Shown here: one piece after another, positions 1-64,000 of the stretch
How positions within the stretch are numbered: position 1 is the stretch's first letter
How the letters are laid out: the number at the start of each line of letters is the position of its first letter
NCBI GenBank assembly: GCA_012295275.1
Contig: CM022678.1
Coordinates: forward strand, 2,976,001 to 3,040,000
Reading direction: 5' to 3'
DNA length: 64,000 nt
From: Chrysomallon squamiferum
Taxonomy: Eukaryota; Animalia; Mollusca
Notes under the pieces: model-generated
Databases searched by the model: none
What the model was told of the DNA's origin: nothing
The model's input: only the letters and a program-made list of their open reading frames with translations
Made by a program: the position numbers and the translations under genes

Positions 1-858
1 TTGAAATTTTATAATGATGATGGTTCTAATACATGTATAATGGAACCAAATTATGGGTGAAATTATTATAAATTAAAAGTAAGATTGATAAAAAAAATAA
101 ATAAATAAAAGACACATTGTCTTTGACACCTCTATTTTAGAGCACTACCTACAAAAGTCTAACTTGTACACCAAGAAGAACTGATCCAGGTAGCCAAAGC
201 ACCACATGTAAATATTGTTAAAACTACTGATCATTTTTTTCTCTAAGAAATGATGGCACCAAACCTTTTGCGATTAAATTTGTTGACATACGACATAAAA
301 TAATTATTAATTGGGTGTGTATATATATATATATATATATACATACATATACACATATACACACACACACACATTAACACATACACACAAACACACACAT
401 ACACATAAAATGTCAGAACAAAAAAAGAAAGAGATGTTTGTGTGTACTTTGACAGGCACTGCTGGTGTAAATATTTAATGTTTCTGTGATTTTTTATTAT
501 TTATTTTTATTCTTTTATTTATTATAATTAGGTATTTATTATTATTATTATTATTTTTTTTTTTTTTTTTTTTATTATTATTAGTTATTTATTTTTATTA
601 TTATTTTTTTTTTTTTTTTTCATTTATGTTTTTTATTTTTTTTTTTTTTATTATTTTTTTTTTTTTGTCGTTGTCATCGTCGTTGTTGTTTATTTGTCTG
701 GCATTTGTTTATTTTTTTTTTCTTAAACTGCATCGCTAAACTCCGGCTTACAGAATTTACAACAGATTGTAGTAGGGTGGTCGCTTGATAACAGCGTTAG
801 TAAGTGAAAGGTGTCAGTACAACGGTGTCATTTGGTGTTCGGTTTGTTTTATATATCA

Positions 859-1275
859 GGATCATTCCATGTCAAATCACCCAGAAAAAAAGAAAAAAAA
901 TTTACACCCGACCGTCTCAGACGGTTAATTTCAAGGTCATAGCAAAGGTCAAAAGGTAAATGTACCCCAATATTTTCCAAACTGAACAAAAATGGCAGAT
1001 TTGGAATCCTTGTCATATTGCCTTCTTAACAATACCAATTTTATGAAGATTGGCCCAGTAGTTCCGGAGATATGAGGGTTCAAAGGTTGGTGGTCACGCC
1101 CATTTTTGCCAAAAATCTCAAAATTCGGTGGGCCTTATCTCCCACACCACTGGTCCGATTGGACTAGAATTTCAGATTTGGTGCTGTGGGATCCCAGTCA
1201 ACAAGTCTACCAAGTTTTATGAAAATCTGAGACGGTCGGGTTTAACCCATTGGGTGATTTGACACGGAATGACCC
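859..1275. mobile_element. MITE with bipartite TIRs and 4-bp TSD (ATCA)
   Basis: GGATCATTCCATGTCAAATCACCCA..ACCCGACCGTCTCAGA mirrored by TCTGAGACGGTCGGGT..TGGGTGATTTGACACGGAATGACCC; ATCA on both flanks. Confidence 0.8.
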
Positions 1276-2289
1276 ATCAAGTAAATGATGTAAATTAAAG
1301 GTGTGATTGTAGTTATTGAATTTCATGTCCAATTTAGGAAGTATATATTATTGTTTCATTCATAATATGCATGATATTCTATTTTATTAAAAATATACTT
1401 TTCGTGTTATATAACATCTATTAATTTTGTGTTTTTTTGAAATCGTGTATTTGCGTATTTTCGTTTTGATTATATCCGGATGAAAATTGTTATTTACGTA
1501 GCATCCGCGTTAGTTCCTTTAATTGTTTCTGTTTTATTACAATTGTGAAACTAAGTAAATTTCTAATGTTCATGTTTTTATGTGTCTGCGTAAGTACAAA
1601 CATCCGTTGGTAAATATTTTACACGTGAGTGTATCTATTTTGTCGTTATATCTTAGGATATTACTGCAATGATACCTCACGTTTAAACAAAAAATTAAAA
1701 AATTCTGTCTAAAGAATTTCTGTATAAATAGTGCCAGCTTTTTTTTTTTTTTTTTTTTTTTTATCTTAAGATTTCTTTTTTACGTAAAGATATATTATTC
1801 CGCCAAATGCACATAAAGTACAAAAAAACGCACTCACAAAAAAAGCACGTTGTTACTTGAGACCTATCCCAGTATCCCCAGCATGATCTAAAGTCAGTTT
1901 CTCTGCTCTCAGGTTTCATCATTTTACTTACTTATTCATTTCTTTAATTGTATACGTGTTTGTTTAAAATGCTGCATTTGGAAACCTTTATGGATAGACT
2001 GAGCATGCGCAGATTCTTGCCATTATCACGAATTATGTAATTTGATATTCAGTTATGTGGAATTTTAATACACATTCTGATGTATACGCCCTAACAAGAA
2101 GATAGACACATACATAAATGTACACGCACATTCACATACAAACCAAAATAGGTACATTATATAAAAATATACGAAAAAAATACTTAAAAGAAAAACCCCA
2201 ACATAAAAAACACCACTGTCATATTAATCCTTGATATCTTTTCAGCGTCCCTAGTTTGAAATAGTTTGAAAAAGTCTCATGAATATTTA

Positions 2290-2324
2290 TGATGAAGACG
2301 ACGACGATGATGATGATGATGATG

Positions 2325-2361
<37 letters not shown>

Positions 2362-2480
2362 CAACAACAATAACAAGCGCAATAATAACAACAAAAACAA
2401 AAAGAACAAGAAGAAGAATTTTGATAATTATATTGATGATGATGATAACCATGATGATCATAATAATAGTAATACTAATA
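2290..2480. repeat. compound GAT/AAT/AAC trinucleotide microsatellite
   Basis: Direct reading; source of poly-D/N/I spurious ORFs. Confidence 0.9.
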
Positions 2481-2498
2481 AATAAATAAACATACATA

Positions 2499-2529
<31 letters not shown>

Positions 2530-2811
2530 GCTGATAACAGATGAAACCAGAGACAATGACATTAGATAGGGCTAGTTTTCAGTAACTACGTTTTTTTCCT
2601 TGTTTTTATGGGTGTATTTGGCGAAATAAAATATCTTTACGTAACAACAAAACAAACAACAACAAACAAACAAACAAAAATAACCCACAAAAAAAAAAAA
2701 AAAAAACAAACACAGCTATAATCATTTGTATAGCAGTTCTTTAGTTAACAGCTTTTTAAAACTTGGGGTATCACTGCATTTATTATCTTAAGATAAACAT
2801 TTAACAGCGTA

Positions 2812-2813
<2 letters not shown>

Positions 2814-2899
<86 letters not shown>
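2814..2899. repeat. (CT)n microsatellite
   Basis: Direct reading. Confidence 0.95.
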
Positions 2900-2903
<4 letters not shown>

Positions 2904-3019
2904 AACATATATATATTTCTCTTTCTTTCTCTTTTTTTTCTCATTTACTTATATGATGGAACGAGAATAAATAAATAAATAGTTAGATAAATAGATTCTG
3001 ATATAAACACCTAAACACG

Positions 3020-3065
<46 letters not shown>

Positions 3066-3169
3066 GGTATACATACACATGAGAACAAATGTAACTGGTA
3101 CAACTTCTTCCTGTTAGATAATTATGCTCCAGACAGGGAAACTCAATAGCAGTGACTAAGATTGCGCTT

Positions 3170-3451
3170 TGTTTTCTTGTCGTGTTTGCCGACCAGGAAC
3201 AAAATACCAAAACAAGATATCCACTCCGTGTCACATGACTGCGCATTCGATTATAAGAGACATCCCAGACAGCGAGTGACGCATTACTTTGGAAAAAGTT
3301 GCAGACGACAGCGGTCGCAAAGTAGACAACGGTAATTTTTGCAGAAGTGAATTTTCTCACGGATCAAAAAAAAACTTACAAAGTTTATTTGTTTTTTGTT
3401 TTTTTATTTTAAAAGAATAACAACGAGAGATTGTTTCGGTATGAAAAGTGA
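3170..3451 (+). promoter_or_regulatory. putative promoter/5'UTR of the giant gene
   Basis: CpG-rich island upstream of the ATG with GTCACATGAC (E-box) and TGCGCA (NRF1 half-site-like); TSS not determinable. Confidence 0.35.
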
Positions 3452-63755
<60,304 letters not shown>

Positions 63756-63778
63756 GTTTGTAATTTTATTTTTCTTCT

Positions 63779-63819
<41 letters not shown>

Positions 63820-63859
63820 TTATTATTATTATCATTATTATTATTGCTAGTATTATTAC

Positions 63860-63899
<40 letters not shown>

Positions 63900-64000
63900 G
63901 CTGTTATTATTACTATCATTATCATCATCATCATTTTTATATTTTTGTCTGTTTCTGTGTGTTTGTTTCTTTGTTTGTACTAAAGATTTACAAATCCAAC

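Noticed and set aside
2219-2497. Poly-I/N/D ORFs here and many similar ones across the window
   Set aside because: Trinucleotide and TTTA microsatellite artefacts with no splice context or protein-like content.
2983-3360. 125-aa minus-strand ORF upstream of the gene (divergent gene?)
   Set aside because: Runs into a (TG)n repeat, has no recognisable domain, and overlaps the likely promoter/5'UTR.

Overview
AT-rich, microsatellite-dense eukaryotic genomic DNA. It looks like an invertebrate, possibly a mollusc (inference from composition and repeat style only). One gene on the + strand fills almost the whole window. By hand I traced 66 GT-AG exons from ATG 3452 to 63755 with consistent intron phases, except for one ambiguous junction at about 58.4-58.7 kb. 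They give about 20.3 kb of CDS, roughly 6,750 aa, and the frame is still open at the window end. The protein has a signal peptide and many N-glycosylation sequons. It is built from 14 copies of a roughly 400-480 aa module that pairs a glycine-rich block (GGGHGGxGG..YG..EP..GSGGG..GGGxI..DGxIxANG..GGGSGGSIW..GGGGGGRIA..GGxGT) with a beta-strand-repeat segment (likely beta-helix). One F5/8 type C domain, two divergent discoidin-like domains and one furin-like Cys-rich motif are inserted into loops of that scaffold. Introns hold several MITEs (hAT-, Tc1/pogo- and possibly Sola-type) and long CT/GA, TAA, TTTA and CA microsatellites. They also repeatedly hold tandem copies of the gene's own splice junctions. 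CpG content drops sharply at about 17-20 kb. Most short ORFs in the supplied track are microsatellite artefacts.
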